Part shown: positions 51,160-63,256 of the stretch, one piece after another | Position numbering within the stretch: the first letter of the stretch is position 1 | Layout of the letters: each line of letters begins with the position of its first letter | Origin: Camelus ferus | Lineage: Eukaryota | NCBI RefSeq assembly: GCF_009834535.1 | Contig: NC_045696.1 | Span: forward strand, 15,068,001-15,132,000 | Direction of reading: 5' to 3' | DNA: 64,000 nt | The notes under the pieces: model-generated | The model's input: only the letters and a program-made list of their open reading frames with translations | Databases searched by the model: none | What the model was told of the DNA's origin: nothing | Position numbers and translations under genes: made by a program

Positions 51160-51930
51160 AGAAATTTTTTATTCAATAAATATTTATTGGCAGCCTCATA
51201 TGTGGCAAGCCCTTACAGCAGAAAGCAGACAAAATTCTTTGCTTCTTTTGTTCCAGAAACAGGAGTGTAATAGTTAAACTTCTATGTCCATTTGTCTGGG
51301 CCAAATTGCCCAAATATTTGGTGAGACACTCTAGATGTTTCTGTAAGGGTGTTTTTGGATAAGATTAACATTTAAATCAGTGGATTTTGAGTAAAACAGA
51401 TTGCCCTCCATAATGTGCGTGGATTTCATCTAATCAGTTGAAGGCCTTAATAAACAAAAATAAAATTCCCCCTGGCAAGACAAAATTCTGTCCACACATA
51501 GTCTTTGGGCTTGAACTGCAACATCAAGTCTTTCCTGTATCTCCAGCTTATGGGCTTATCCTGCAAATTTTGGACTTTCCAGCCTCCATAATCACATAAA
51601 CCAGTTTCCTAAAATCTCTCTTTCTCTCTTTCTCTCTCTCTCTCAATATGGCCCTCTCAATAATTAGGAAATAAATAAGAAAATATTTGTTACATAATGA
51701 TCAATTTTGTGGATTGAAATCAAGAAGGAATAGGAATGGGGTTTTCCAAGAATTGGGATTTCAATTTCAAACACAGGGTGAAGAGTGAATAACATTTGAG
51801 TAAAGATGTAAAGGAAAAGATGGAGTAAGTTCTGCAGACAGTAAGAGGGTCCTAGGCAGAGGAAAAGCAAGTTGAAAGACCCCGAGATGGGAGTGAGCCT
51901 GGTATGCTCGAGAAAGAGTGACCACATGCT
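51160..51930 (-). mobile_element. L2 3' region, interrupted by MLT2
   Basis: attcaataaatatttattgg at about 51171. It resumes with gaataacatttgagtaaaga...ctaggcagaggaaaagcaag...gaccccgagatgggagtgagcctgg. Confidence 0.75.
51266..51655 (+). mobile_element. MLT2C/D-like LTR
   Basis: tgtaatagttaa...gatgtttctgtaagggtgtttttggataagattaacattt...gattgccctccataatgtg...cagcctccataatcac...(CT)n. Confidence 0.9.
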
Positions 51931-51944
51931 TAGTCAGCACCTAT

Positions 51945-52537
51945 AGTGTATAAACTGATTCCTTCTAAGAAATCCCTTATCATGAGATTGACTGTTGACT
52001 GAGGTATACCCCTTTAGGTAATCCTCAACCCAACGGCCAGAATAATCTGTGAGAACCCAAGTTAGAACATGTCAGTCCCCTGCCTAAATCTTTACACTGG
52101 CAGTCAGGAAGAGGCAACAAGAGGTTTCTAGCCCATGACCACAGGCCAAATCTTGTTGTCCAGAGGCAGATAGGAAAGGAAGACCATGAAAGGGCTAGAA
52201 CCCCACAAGCATGAGCTAGAACGTGTCCACAAGGAGAAGTCTTTCCTCTCCTTTCCAAATGATTAAGTTAGACACTCCGAAGATCATCTTAATTTAAATC
52301 AGTTGATTATGGACTTTAATTTATCTGCAATATACCTCCCCAGCAACACCAAGCTTAGTGTTTTATTGAATAACTGGGAGGATATATTTATCCTATAAGA
52401 TGGCTGCTGTTTGTCTTGATTTTCCCAACATATAAGACTATATCTTACAGCCTACCCTCTCCAAAGTACACCGGGAAGAGAATTCTAGGGAATGTAATTT
52501 AGTCTAACCAAATTGCTAAGTCATGAAGATATCATAA
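51945..52537 (-). mobile_element. MLT2E/F-like LTR
   Basis: gcaacaccaagcttagtgttttattgaataactggg...gggaagagaattctagggaatgtaatttagtctaaccaaattg. Confidence 0.7.
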
Positions 52538-53926
52538 GGAAAAGAGTAGCAGAGACAACAATTAGACAGCATCACAATAATCAAGACAGGAGATTATGGA
52601 AAATTTTTAGAAATAAGGAAGGGTCAGGGCTGAAACAGTTTTGATGGTCTCAAGGTCTACATGGTCATGAGGCCAGGAGCAATAGAAGGTGGAGATCTCC
52701 CCAGGAACCCACAGAGTTCTGGGGCCCTCTTTCTACTGGACACTTGGAGGCTGAAACAAGGATGGTATTTATATTTTCTGTTTTTTTCTGACAGGAAGCT
52801 TCTTGGGGCCTCCCTCACCCTTCTCCAACAAAACTTTTAGCTTTTGGAATTCATTGCTGGTCCCCAGTGCATTTAGAGGGATTCACACAGTGCCTTTTAC
52901 ATGGTGAATTCTCAGTAAGTATCAGTGATCATTACTGCCTTCAAGTCATCAAATGGTTATACTCAGGCTTCTCTTTCTAAGAAATTTATTACTGGATCAG
53001 CTTCCATAGAAAAAATCATATTTTTGTTTCTCTTTACATTGAAAACATTAAAACTTTTAAATGATTGAGGAGCTAGGTTATGTTAAGGTCAAAGTTTTGG
53101 AGCCAATGAAATTGAGTTTGGAGTCACAAGGCTACAGCCTTTTATGGCTGGACAATCTTGGAGGACTCACTTATTTCCTTTGCCTATTTTATTATCTGTC
53201 ACAGGGTTCTTTTGAGGTAAAGGAAACATCATTTACAAGACTGGTTCATTGTAGGCTCCTAATTAATGCAATTTTCTTTTTTCTCTGAGATCAAGTGAGG
53301 AGAGACACTGCAGATGGCCTCTGGAGGCTCATTTCCTCCACTCCTTTAATAGGACTCAGAGTTGGCTCAGTGGAGCTGAGGCCTCAGTAGACAAAAAGGA
53401 CTGATTCCAGCAGCTGAAGTTCCTCTTTCTAATAAAGCAACTTTCCCATCTAGGAAGCTTCCCTTTGATACACAATCTGCTAAGGTCCCCTGTCCCCCAG
53501 TCCTTTTGGACTCGGAGACTTAGGGGGTCAAGCTCCCTCTAACAGACTTTTCCCTGGAATGTTTGGTCCAGTTGTGCCCTAATAACATGTGGGATGTTGC
53601 AATCAGTAACTGTGTGATCTTGGTGTATCTCTGCTCATATGTTTTTTTCTAAATAAGCTCATTGTGATACTAATTACATGACTCTAGTATCTTCTATGTG
53701 TGCATGAAGCTCTATGTGCTATTCTTGCCTCTTTGCACAATGTACTTCACCATTTCTTCTATTACTGCGATGACTATTGCTTCTATGCATTTTCAGCTAA
53801 TTAGCCAGCATAGAGTGCACCTTCTTTTCTTGAAAATTTAAGCTAATTTTATTTAAATAACAGATAAGTGAATATATTCTCCCTGTAAACTTACTAAATT
53901 TTTTCAGTTAATGTCCACTATCTAAA

Positions 53927-54636
53927 TTTTAAAATAAACTTTATTTCTTAGAGCAGTTTTAGGTTCACAGCAAAATTGAGTGGAAAGCACAGAGAAATCC
54001 TATATCTCCCTGTCCCCACACATGCACAGCCTTCCCCACTATCAACATCCTACAACACAGTGGTGTATTTGTCACAGTTGATGAACCTACATTGACACAT
54101 TATCACCCAAAGTCCATAGTTTACAATAGGGTTCACTCTCGGTGTACATCCTATGAGTTTGGATAAATGTGAAATGACATGTCCACCACATGTACAGTAT
54201 CATACAGAACAGTTTCACTATCTTAAAAATTTCCTATGTTCCTCCTATTAATGTCTCCCTTTCCCTACATTTTTGGAAACTATTGCTCTTTTTACCGTCC
54301 TCATAATTTTACCTTTTCCAGAAAGTCATACAGTTGGAATCATATAGTATGTAACATTTTCAGACTTGACTGTTTTTACTTGGTAATATGCACGTAAGTT
54401 TTCTCCATGTCTTTCCATGGCCCAATAGCTCCTTTCTTTTTAGTGTTGAGTAATATTTCATTGCCTGGATGTACTGCAGTTTATTAGCCATTCACCTATG
54501 GGAAGACATTTTGGCTGGTTCCAAGTTTTGGCGATTATAAATAAAGCTGCTATAGACATTTGTGTGCAAGGTTTTGTGTGAACGTAAGTTTCAGTTCATT
54601 CAGGTAAATGACAAAGAACACAACTGTTAGATCACA
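53927..54636 (-). mobile_element. L1MC1-like 3' end
   Basis: ttagagcagttttaggttcacagcaaaattgagtggaaag...gttgatgaacctacattgacac. Degenerate TSD atctaaattt (53920) / atctatattt (54637). Confidence 0.92.
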
Positions 54637-54979
54637 ATCTATATTTCACTATTGGTTCAATAAAGGCTTAGTATTCTCTTAATTTTCTTACATACAGAAC
54701 TTTAATTTGGCTAAAACTCATTTGGTAATTACCCGAATCTTCTAATAAATAGTGACCTCATCAAATTATCGAACCAGAAATATACCATTATAGGATATTG
54801 CATATAACATTTATTTTATTTTGATTTTAGTTAACTTTTTGTAAAAAAGTATAATGAATTAAAGTGACATTTCATATACACGGTAGTGTGACTGGAAGGG
54901 AGATAAACACATGCACAACCAGTATTGCATGCCTCGTATTATCTAATTATTTTCATACAAAGGTAATTTAAAAGTTCAG

Positions 54980-55100
54980 TAGTCTGATTTCTCTTTTAGA
55001 AATGGAGACTCTTAGAGTCAGAACAGTTGAATAACTTGTCCAAGTGGAAACACTGCAATTCCATCTGTTTGACTCCGGGTCTATGCTCTTTCTAGGACAC
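54980..55100 (-). mobile_element. MIR fragment
   Basis: ttttagaaatggagactc...gttgaataacttgtccaag...ctgtttgactccgggtctatgctcttt. Confidence 0.65.
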
Positions 55101-55642
55101 AATTTGCACAATTATGAGGGAAGGAGATTTCTGCTTTATTAGTTTATCTCAGCTTATTTTCCAGAAAGAGCTTTTAAACTAATGCCCATGGGTCTATCCC
55201 ATCTGTGCGATTTTTCTCTGTGGAAGTTCAGGGTAGGGCTGCAAATGATTTCATAATACACAATTCCAGAATCTAAACCATATGGCTGTATTCTATGTTT
55301 GCACAAACAGATAGCTGGCTCCACACAACAGTAGCAGTACATGTGTAATTACATACTCACTCAGTTCTTACTGCAAGTGCCCTTGTCCCCCAGAAAGAAA
55401 ACCATAACAATGTAGTTGTTTAGAAATCATATGTGACAAACTGCTACATATTTTGCTAATAATATAAAGGAGGTAGAGTTAAAAATATAAAGTTTTCTTG
55501 GGAATTAAAAATTGTTTCAAATGCAAGATATATTCATAAGAATGAAATTTTACCAATGGTTTTACACAAATGAATAAATACAGCATGTTTAAAAATGTGT
55601 CCTTAGCTATACCCTGTAATTTATATTTTCTAAAATGCTCAG

Positions 55643-55692
55643 CCAGTTTCTCTACTGCTGCAGTAGCTAAATAGACTTCTTTAGGAAAAACA
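55643..55692 (+). repeat. Left arm of a perfect 50-bp inverted repeat
   Basis: ccagtttctctactgctgcagtagctaaatagacttctttaggaaaaaca is the exact reverse complement of 57900-57949. Confidence 0.97.
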
Positions 55693-57639
55693 AATGTGGC
55701 TACACTCTTTCAATTCATAATTTACTAGAGCAATTCATATTTAGAGTTGCTTGGATAAATAATCTCTAATGTCAGAAAAATGTGTTAAAATTTTTTCAGT
55801 TTTAGCTAAAGTACAGAACAAAGTTCTTCTAAGAAGAAGTAAAGGGAAATTTCAATACCCACAAGTGTACTTAGGAGAGGACTCCCTGGAAAAACCCAAC
55901 TCGTGGTATGACTCACTCAGTGAATGATGCTTAACTGACTTCACCTGCAAAAGAAAAATGATAATACCCAGCAGTGTCCATGATAAATCTAAATTACAGA
56001 GTAGCTGATTCTTCCAACAACATGACGTATTGTTTTTGAAATATCCTATTTAATGCCAGGGACAAGTCATGGATATGGGAACAGATGCTCTTAGCCAATG
56101 AAAAAGAAAAATCAACTTTTCTCTAAAATATTTTTGTGACAGTATGAAGTGTTATACTTTTGAGTCTATTGTGATGGAATAAAAAATTTATCCCATAGCT
56201 ATTTTAATGAAGACCAAACAGCAAACACTCATATCATTTAGCTTAAAAAGTTGGTATTTTCCAAGAACATAAGCAGAATAGTAATGGATTTGAATGCGTC
56301 TGAAACTTTTTTGCCCTTGATTGGATTTGTTTGCAGAAATTTTTGCATGTTCGGGTAATGAATGGGTGATAGATACATGAACATCACAACAAGAGTGTTT
56401 GTCTATTTCATAGTCAGGTTTTCTTGATAACTTAAATAATACAATACTGCTAACATCATAGTACCAAGTGTTTGAGTATTATGCCATTCAACACTGAAGT
56501 GAAAATAAATATTTGGAAATGAACTACTTTTTGGTTAAACCAAAGAGTAATTCTAAGAATTTTGCATTATTTCCTTGTGTGAGCATAAGAATATGTATGT
56601 TTATAAAAAGACCTTGTGTTTTAAATGGTCAAAACATTTTGAACAGTAATTTGATGACTTAATTGTAAAAGCTTCCAAAACATATGGATTGCATTTCCCA
56701 GTTCCATTACAATCTCACTGGGTTTTTAAGTAATAGGCAAAACCTCTTTTTAAAAAAGGCTCAGAACATGATGAAAAATAACTTGAGCATTTCGACAAAT
56801 TCCAAATTCAACAGGATTTGCCCCTCCCAAGTGTATAATTGACCTAAATCATAGGATTTCTGTACAAGACATTTTTTCTTTTTGTCACTCTGTTAAACAT
56901 CATCTATTAGGCATAATAACGCCCAGTAATTTTCTTCCCCCCTCTATTTTCTTTTGCATAACTGAATAGGGAGTTTAAGTGGAGAATGATATTCTAAAAA
57001 CACTTAAGAAATTGAAGAAGCTGACACCCAGCATTCAGTAGATTCAGCCAGTTAGATGTTTGTTTGCTTGGTTTAGTTTGTCTTTTTAATATCTATTAAA
57101 GGGAAAGAGGAACTAGATAAGAATTATGACTTATTTTTTACCCTCTAATCTTTGTTCCTGGATTTAGTCACATGAACTGGAAGTATTTTCATGAAGTACA
57201 ATTATGTAGAATTTAAATTTTAGATTCATGCTGTTTGAAATCATAATATTCAAAACTTGTTAGCTTTTACTTGATTTGCAAGGATAGTCCTTGGGATTCA
57301 AATCATAATCACCATATGATATTCTCTACAGTTAAGAACTTAAGAGTGACAAATCCACCCAAGTTACAAAAATTTTCCAGACTCACTTGATAACATGTTG
57401 AAAATAGGACTATTTTTCATAATTTTGTAAAAAATGTGTTTATTTTACTTTGAAGTTGAGAGATGAACAATTCTCCTTTATCTCCACAACGTTTTATAAG
57501 AGAAAACTGTCGTCTAGACACATAATATCCAACTTGCTGTGGTTTGCTTTCTGAAAGCTGAAACCAAAATCTTCTTACATTCCCTGTAATCTTTGGGATA
57601 CTCTCATTCTTCAATTTCCAACTTAATTTCTTGTCATCT

Positions 57640-57995
57640 TTAATTCATCACTTTTCTTTATTTCCCCATTTTCAATCAGATTTCAAGCTCTGTCCATTCC
57701 GTGTTCCAGATTTGAGGGTTGATTCCTCTTGTATGCCCTTTATTTTCACTCGAGTCTCATCACTTTATACCTATATTATCTTGTTCGAGTACCCCCCAAA
57801 TGTCATGATTTACTTCCATTTTAGCCTCTTTCCAAGAAGTTTCTCATTGCCTGAAATCTCATGTTTTACCTCTTCAATAATTTAAAGCATAGCAGCATAT
57901 GTTTTTCCTAAAGAAGTCTATTTAGCTACTGCAGCAGTAGAGAAACTGGATGAAAATAATCATCTTTTAAGGCCAAACTTATATCACTTATCATA
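57640..57995 (+). mobile_element. Degenerate L2 fragment surrounding the right inverted-repeat arm
   Basis: ccccattttcaatcagatttcaagctctgtccattc...cctcttcaataatttaaagcatagcag [arm] ...taatcatcttttaaggccaaacttatatcact follows L2 consensus order. Confidence 0.45.
57900..57949 (-). repeat. Right arm of the perfect 50-bp inverted repeat
   Basis: tgtttttcctaaagaagtctatttagctactgcagcagtagagaaactgg. Confidence 0.97.
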
Positions 57996-58955
57996 ATCCT
58001 AGTGATTAAGAGAAACAGGAATGAAATATGACATTTTGAAGACCTCAACACATTTTATTTATTTTATTCTCCTTCTTTAAATTTTAATATTATTCTGACT
58101 ATAATGAATATGCATTTTGAATTTGACATTCAATTTTGTTTTAATCTTTTTAGAACCTCAGCTGTATAATTTGACAAAGAATTCTGCCGTTTAGAATTTT
58201 TATTTTTACATACAAATTGAAATATATTAAGTAGTCTCTATATTAAGGATTTCAAAGTAAGTTTAAACATAACCCAACAAACTAAGGGTTTTAGCTGGCT
58301 GAGAACAGTGTGAAGTTGCTACTACCATCTGAGAAACGCTTTGCTTTTGGTCTGGCTGTATTATGATATCTTAAATCAAGGGTTAGTCAAAGGTACTAGT
58401 GGAATGTCTATTAATTGAATATTTAATTTGTAACATCTTAATTTAAAGAAAAAAGCAAACGAAAGGTTAGGTACAAAGTCCCTGGAATTTCTAAATTGTT
58501 GAGAAAGCCTGAAATGTTTTTACAAATGATTTCCTAGAGCTTTAGCAGCTGTGTAAAAATATTCTCTACTACTCTTCTAAAAGTTAGGACTCAGAACTCT
58601 AAAATTCAGTGCATGTATTGTCAGGAACACCATCTGCTGTATGTCCTTGAGCAACAGACTCAACTTTGGGTACACAGATTTCTAGGATTCTCTGATTATC
58701 GATTCAAAATTTCATTTTCTTTATTTCAAACTGGAAAACTATTGCACTGTTCCAAGTCACTCATAACATCATGGCAAGTTTATTCTTATTTATTTTTTAA
58801 GCAGAGGCATCAGTCAGTATGACAATAATCCCAGAAGAACAAGGCAAGCCTGGAACTCCACTTCACAACATCAGCAAAGACAGACTAGCAATGGCAGTTT
58901 TCATCTGCCAAATATGTTTTGAGATTCATTTTGTTTTGTTTTGTTTTGTTTACAG

Positions 58956-59007
58956 CGTCTCTGCAAGAACCTCCAGCAGACGATGGTGTGGTTTAATTAT
59001 TTAGACG
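58956..59007 (+). other. Candidate 52-nt spliced exon (host gene unidentified)
   Basis: Branch-like TTCAT at about 58925, a long (TTTTG)n tract, acceptor TTTACAG|C and donor ACG|GTAAGT. Three CpGs; one frame open (RLCKNLQQTMVWFNYLD). Confidence 0.5.
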
Positions 59008-60094
59008 GTAAGTTTCTTCTACCTCTAGATTCTTTGGTTCTCTAATCATGCCAAAATTCTTTGAAAAGCTATAGTAATGTGAAAGGACCAAACACACACA
59101 CACACTTTAAGAAATCAAGATATTTCAGAACACAAAACGTTAAAATAGGTTTTACATTATTGTGCACACACATATGTGTACATTCTCATGCCGAAAGGTC
59201 TCAGGGTCATACTGTAGTCCATGTGTGTAGTTGAACCTGTCTTGAAGTTTCATTACCTTGAAACATACTTTATTATAGAATAAAAGCTATAATCTGGATC
59301 ATCAGTGGAGCTGAATAGTAGATATGTCAAACTAAAATGCATCATCAAACGCATCTGATGCAGAAAGATGCTTGCTAATAGAAAGGAAGGTGGTACAACT
59401 TCTTTCCTTCTAGATCCTAATGAAAAATGTAAGATGTGCAGTAGTTTTGGAGGATTTATTGTAAGTTAATTAGAACATGTTAAGTAGAGATTAATAAATA
59501 GCTCAAAAGGATTTATAGTCACAACTCTGAGGCTAGCTGTGAATATTAAAGTGCAGCCACACCAGTCTCAAAGGAAATAGTAGCAGAAGGAATATAAGTT
59601 ATCACTGTGATGAAACAAAATAGTTGCAATTGCAGATGGATTATTAGCTAATATTGACTCTTGCTCTAAAAGCTGTCAGACCTTTGCTATGCAGCATTGA
59701 AACAGCTGGGAATGTTCTGTCAAGAAGCCACTGGGAGAGATGTTTTACTTGGGTTGAGATACAAAAGTTAGATATTTGCTAAGAACATAAGAGCCATATG
59801 TTTGCTCATGGGTCAGACAAAACCAAGTATCTTTTTTTTGGGGGGGGGTGTATTCTAAAATATGTGCTTATTTCACTCATCAAACATCAATTAAGAACTT
59901 CCAAAGTGACAAACCCTATAGGTTCTAACAGTTAAATAACATACCAATCCTGCTGTTATAGAAATTGAAATCCGGAAAACACTGAATTGATCATTTAAAG
60001 TTTTCTATAAGAATAGCAAAAAAAAAAAAAAAAAAGCCTCATTGGTTAAAGGAAACTAACTGATGTAAAAAGAGATCCTATTTCCATTTGTGTT

Positions 60095-60430
60095 TAGTCA
60101 TGCTGCCATTTATGAACTGAGGCCCCCTTTATTCTGTCGTTCTACCATCCCAGAGGTCCTCACCGCCATCAACAACTAGCCAGCAGGACAGAGTGGGATA
60201 AACTATGAAGAAGGCACACCCACATCTTGAAAGCCTTGGTCCCAAAGTGGCACACACGACGTCTACTTTCATTCAGCTGGGTGAAGACTAGTACAAATGG
60301 CTACTACAGGTTAAAGGCAGGGGGACTGGGAGATGTAGAGGCAGAAAAAGTAATAATTGGTTTGGCAGCTACCTTCCAGATATGACTTTATAGTATGAAT
60401 GAGCAGACCAGATATTGATGAACCACAGTA
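60095..60430 (-). mobile_element. MLT1J/K-like LTR fragment
   Basis: gaaggcacacccacatcttgaaagccttggtcccaaagtggcacacac...aaaggcagggggactgggagatgtag. Confidence 0.7.
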
Positions 60431-61182
60431 AGGACAAAACAGAAAACATCACTTATTAGCAAACCCATTACAGCTGGACCTTTAATTAATCATAAAATAT
60501 CAATAATAAAAGTGTTAGTTAAAAAACTTAAAAATTTTGATGTAAAAAATACTGTTAAGCGTTTCACATAGCAAATTACTTTTCCAGCCAGGTTTAGACT
60601 TAACAGAAAGAATATCTTCTTGGATAATATCTGTTTGCAAATTGGGTAATAGTTGCCTTCTTCAAGGGAAATTCCAGCACTAGAATAACTGTCTATTCAA
60701 GAAATGACTTTTGAAATGACATTGAATTATAGTGACATGAGTAGAGATCAAGCTATTATAAAAATATTTGCAATGTCAAACTCAATCTTTATTGTCACTT
60801 GAGAATGCCCTAATTTGTTGAAGACAAGAGTATGTTTAAAATCAAAAGTACTTGGTATTAGATATCTCTAGATTATCATAGATATCTATATTGTAATTCA
60901 GTGATTAAAAAAAAACTAAAACTGTAAGATAAAGTTTGTACAAAGGTTGGGAAGACTCTGTAATTCAGAAATCTAGAATTATGTCATAGTTGCCTTATTC
61001 CAAGTTCCCTGAAACCTAGATTAAACGTACCTCTTTGGCATCCCATCCTCTCTTTCAAACTTACACACCTGTTTGAATTACATTCATCTTCATAAATATA
61101 GCTAGCCAAACTCTCATAGAAGAATTTGAAGTCTACATGAAATGAAGGTGCATACAAGTAGCAAAATGAGTTAAATCTCTAT

Positions 61183-62110
61183 TGCGGTAGACACTGCTAT
61201 CATTCCATTTCATAAGTGCTAACACAACACTATTTTTTTTAAGAAAGAAATGCCCCTAGACTGAAAAGTTTAAAGGTAAAAATTACAATGGGTCGGCTAT
61301 CATTCTCCACCCCACCTTTGGCAGTCCCTCATTTGAGCTTGAGGTGATCCATAATCTTCTCCTGGACAATGAGACCTGAGTAGAAGTCAGCTGGGAGTTC
61401 TTATTAGAATAAGCACTTTCTTGATAAAAAGACAAGTATGGCTAGAAAACGCCAAGAGTACTTCATTTTTTCCCACCTTTTAGTTTTGAGCATATTTTAT
61501 TTTACTAAGGCCGCCATCACAAAGTACCACAAACTGTGTGGCTTGAACAATAGAAACTGTCTCATAGTTCTGAAGGCTTAGGAGTTGGAAATCAAGGAGT
61601 CACAGAGTTGGTTTTCTCTGCGATCCATGGGGGAAGGATCTGTTCCAGGTCTGGCTGGTAGTGGCTGCCTTCTCCCTGTGCCTCCTGACATCATCTTCCC
61701 TCCATGCTTATCTGTCTGTGTGCCCAAAATGCCCTCTTGTATAAGAATACCAATTATACTAGATTAGTCCTTAATCTGTAAAGAGCTTGTTTCCAAACAG
61801 TCACATTCAGAAGTAGTAGGGACTAGGACTCCAACATACATATTTTGGGGGGATACTATTCAACCCTTGAGAGAACTCAAACATGATGTGGAGGTAAAGT
61901 AACCATCTGGCCGCCAGTATGAGAATGAAATCCTATAACACAATAAGATGACTGCTGGGCAGAAAGCATGAGTCACTGATGGTGCTAGAAAGTTTCAAAC
62001 CCTTCTGCCTACTTTAGAATAACACTTTCTTGAAACTGCATTTCTAAATGTGAGAAAAATACCAATAACCTGTTAATAATTTTAAAATTCAGTATTTATT
62101 TTGGAACTTG
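61183..62110 (+). mobile_element. MLT1K/L-like LTR, split by MLT1A
   Basis: tgcggtagacactgc...ctggacaatgagacctgagtagaagtcagctggg [insert] ...aaccatctggccgccagtatgag...atgtgagaaaaatacc. Confidence 0.6.
61491..61868 (-). mobile_element. MLT1A-family LTR
   Basis: ggccgccatcacaaagtaccacaaactgtgtggcttgaacaatagaaa...gtcacattcagaagtagtagggactaggactccaacata...attcaaccc. Confidence 0.9.
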
Positions 62111-63117
62111 TTGAAAGATTTGAAAATATCTAAGATTAGTGCTTTTCAACGCATATTTTACCTTATGTTTATTATACATTAGTAGGCTAATATAAAAATG
62201 GATGAATCTTCTTATAACTTGATTATAACAATTGGTTTACATTTACTTAATTCCAAAAATCCTTCATAAACTAGACCATTATTTGAAGGCATTTGTAAAT
62301 TTTATTTTGATTGGGGAAGAATCTGAACAAAGCATATCAGAACAGCAATAGATACCCTAATTTCTTTATTTACAAATGGAACAAAAATATTTTGCTTTTA
62401 CATAATTGACTCTAGAAATATGACTCCCAGTGGTTTGTAAAGAATTTTATTTATGACACATTCGATTAGAGTATGTCTCCAAGTGCTTTCACTCCTATTT
62501 ATATTTTTCAATTCCCTACTCCTTGAGGATCTTATTTATTTTTCTCCATATCAGTTTTTAGCTTGGTCCATATAACTATGATTGAGAAAACAATGTCACT
62601 GCCCAATGATGCTGGGGTAAAATTTTTTATTTCCATAGCCTGCCTAATGTCTTGATGTTGTTATTTATGACATTTGCAATGCCTGTATTGTAATCACTGG
62701 TATTAATGCTTTGCATTCAGCCCCCATGGTATACACTCAGTAATCTGTTCCATCAGTTCTAAGATAGAACACTTGCTGTCTGCTGTTTTCATTTCCAGCT
62801 GTGTGTGGGCAACTGGCCACATTCTTTTCCTATTCGTATAAACAGACTATTACAATTATGTAAACAGTTTAACTTTTAAATGCTGATTGTATTTCATGAG
62901 ATCTATTTACTTGACTCATAATCTTAAAGGCATCAAAATTTGAAAGAAAATTAGATTAGAGAACTATTCTAAGATTGGGTAACAATATATAGACCTAATT
63001 TTATGCAAAAAAGTGGAACCACAAATCATTTTTTCAATAAGGAAAGCCTGAGGAAGTATGAAACAGTTTCATTTACAACTGAGCCATTTCCATGGGAGTC
63101 ATGGTCTGATAGATCAA

Positions 63118-63256
63118 ATAGTTTTGGATTTGCAAATGGTAACTGCTATATATAAAAATCGATTAAAAAATAAAGTTCTTCTGTATAGCACAGGAAACTA
63201 TATTCAATATTTTGTAACAACCTTTAATGAAAAAGAATATGAAAATGAAAAAAAAT
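63118..63256 (+). mobile_element. L1 3'UTR fragment (lineage-specific type)
   Basis: ctgtatagcacaggaaactatattcaatattttgtaacaacctttaatgaaaaagaatatgaaaatgaaaaaaaa. Confidence 0.85.

Noticed and set aside
55639..57953. Inverted repeat read as the TIRs of a young DNA transposon
   Set aside because: No flanking TSD (TA, TTAA or 8-9 bp), no transposase remnant inside, and the mismatches are at the outer edges rather than the ends being best conserved.
59338..59362. Short hairpin tgcatca...tgatgca, and tagatatcta palindromes near 60860-60890
   Set aside because: Arms of 7-10 bp are expected by chance and show no pre-miRNA-like extended stem.
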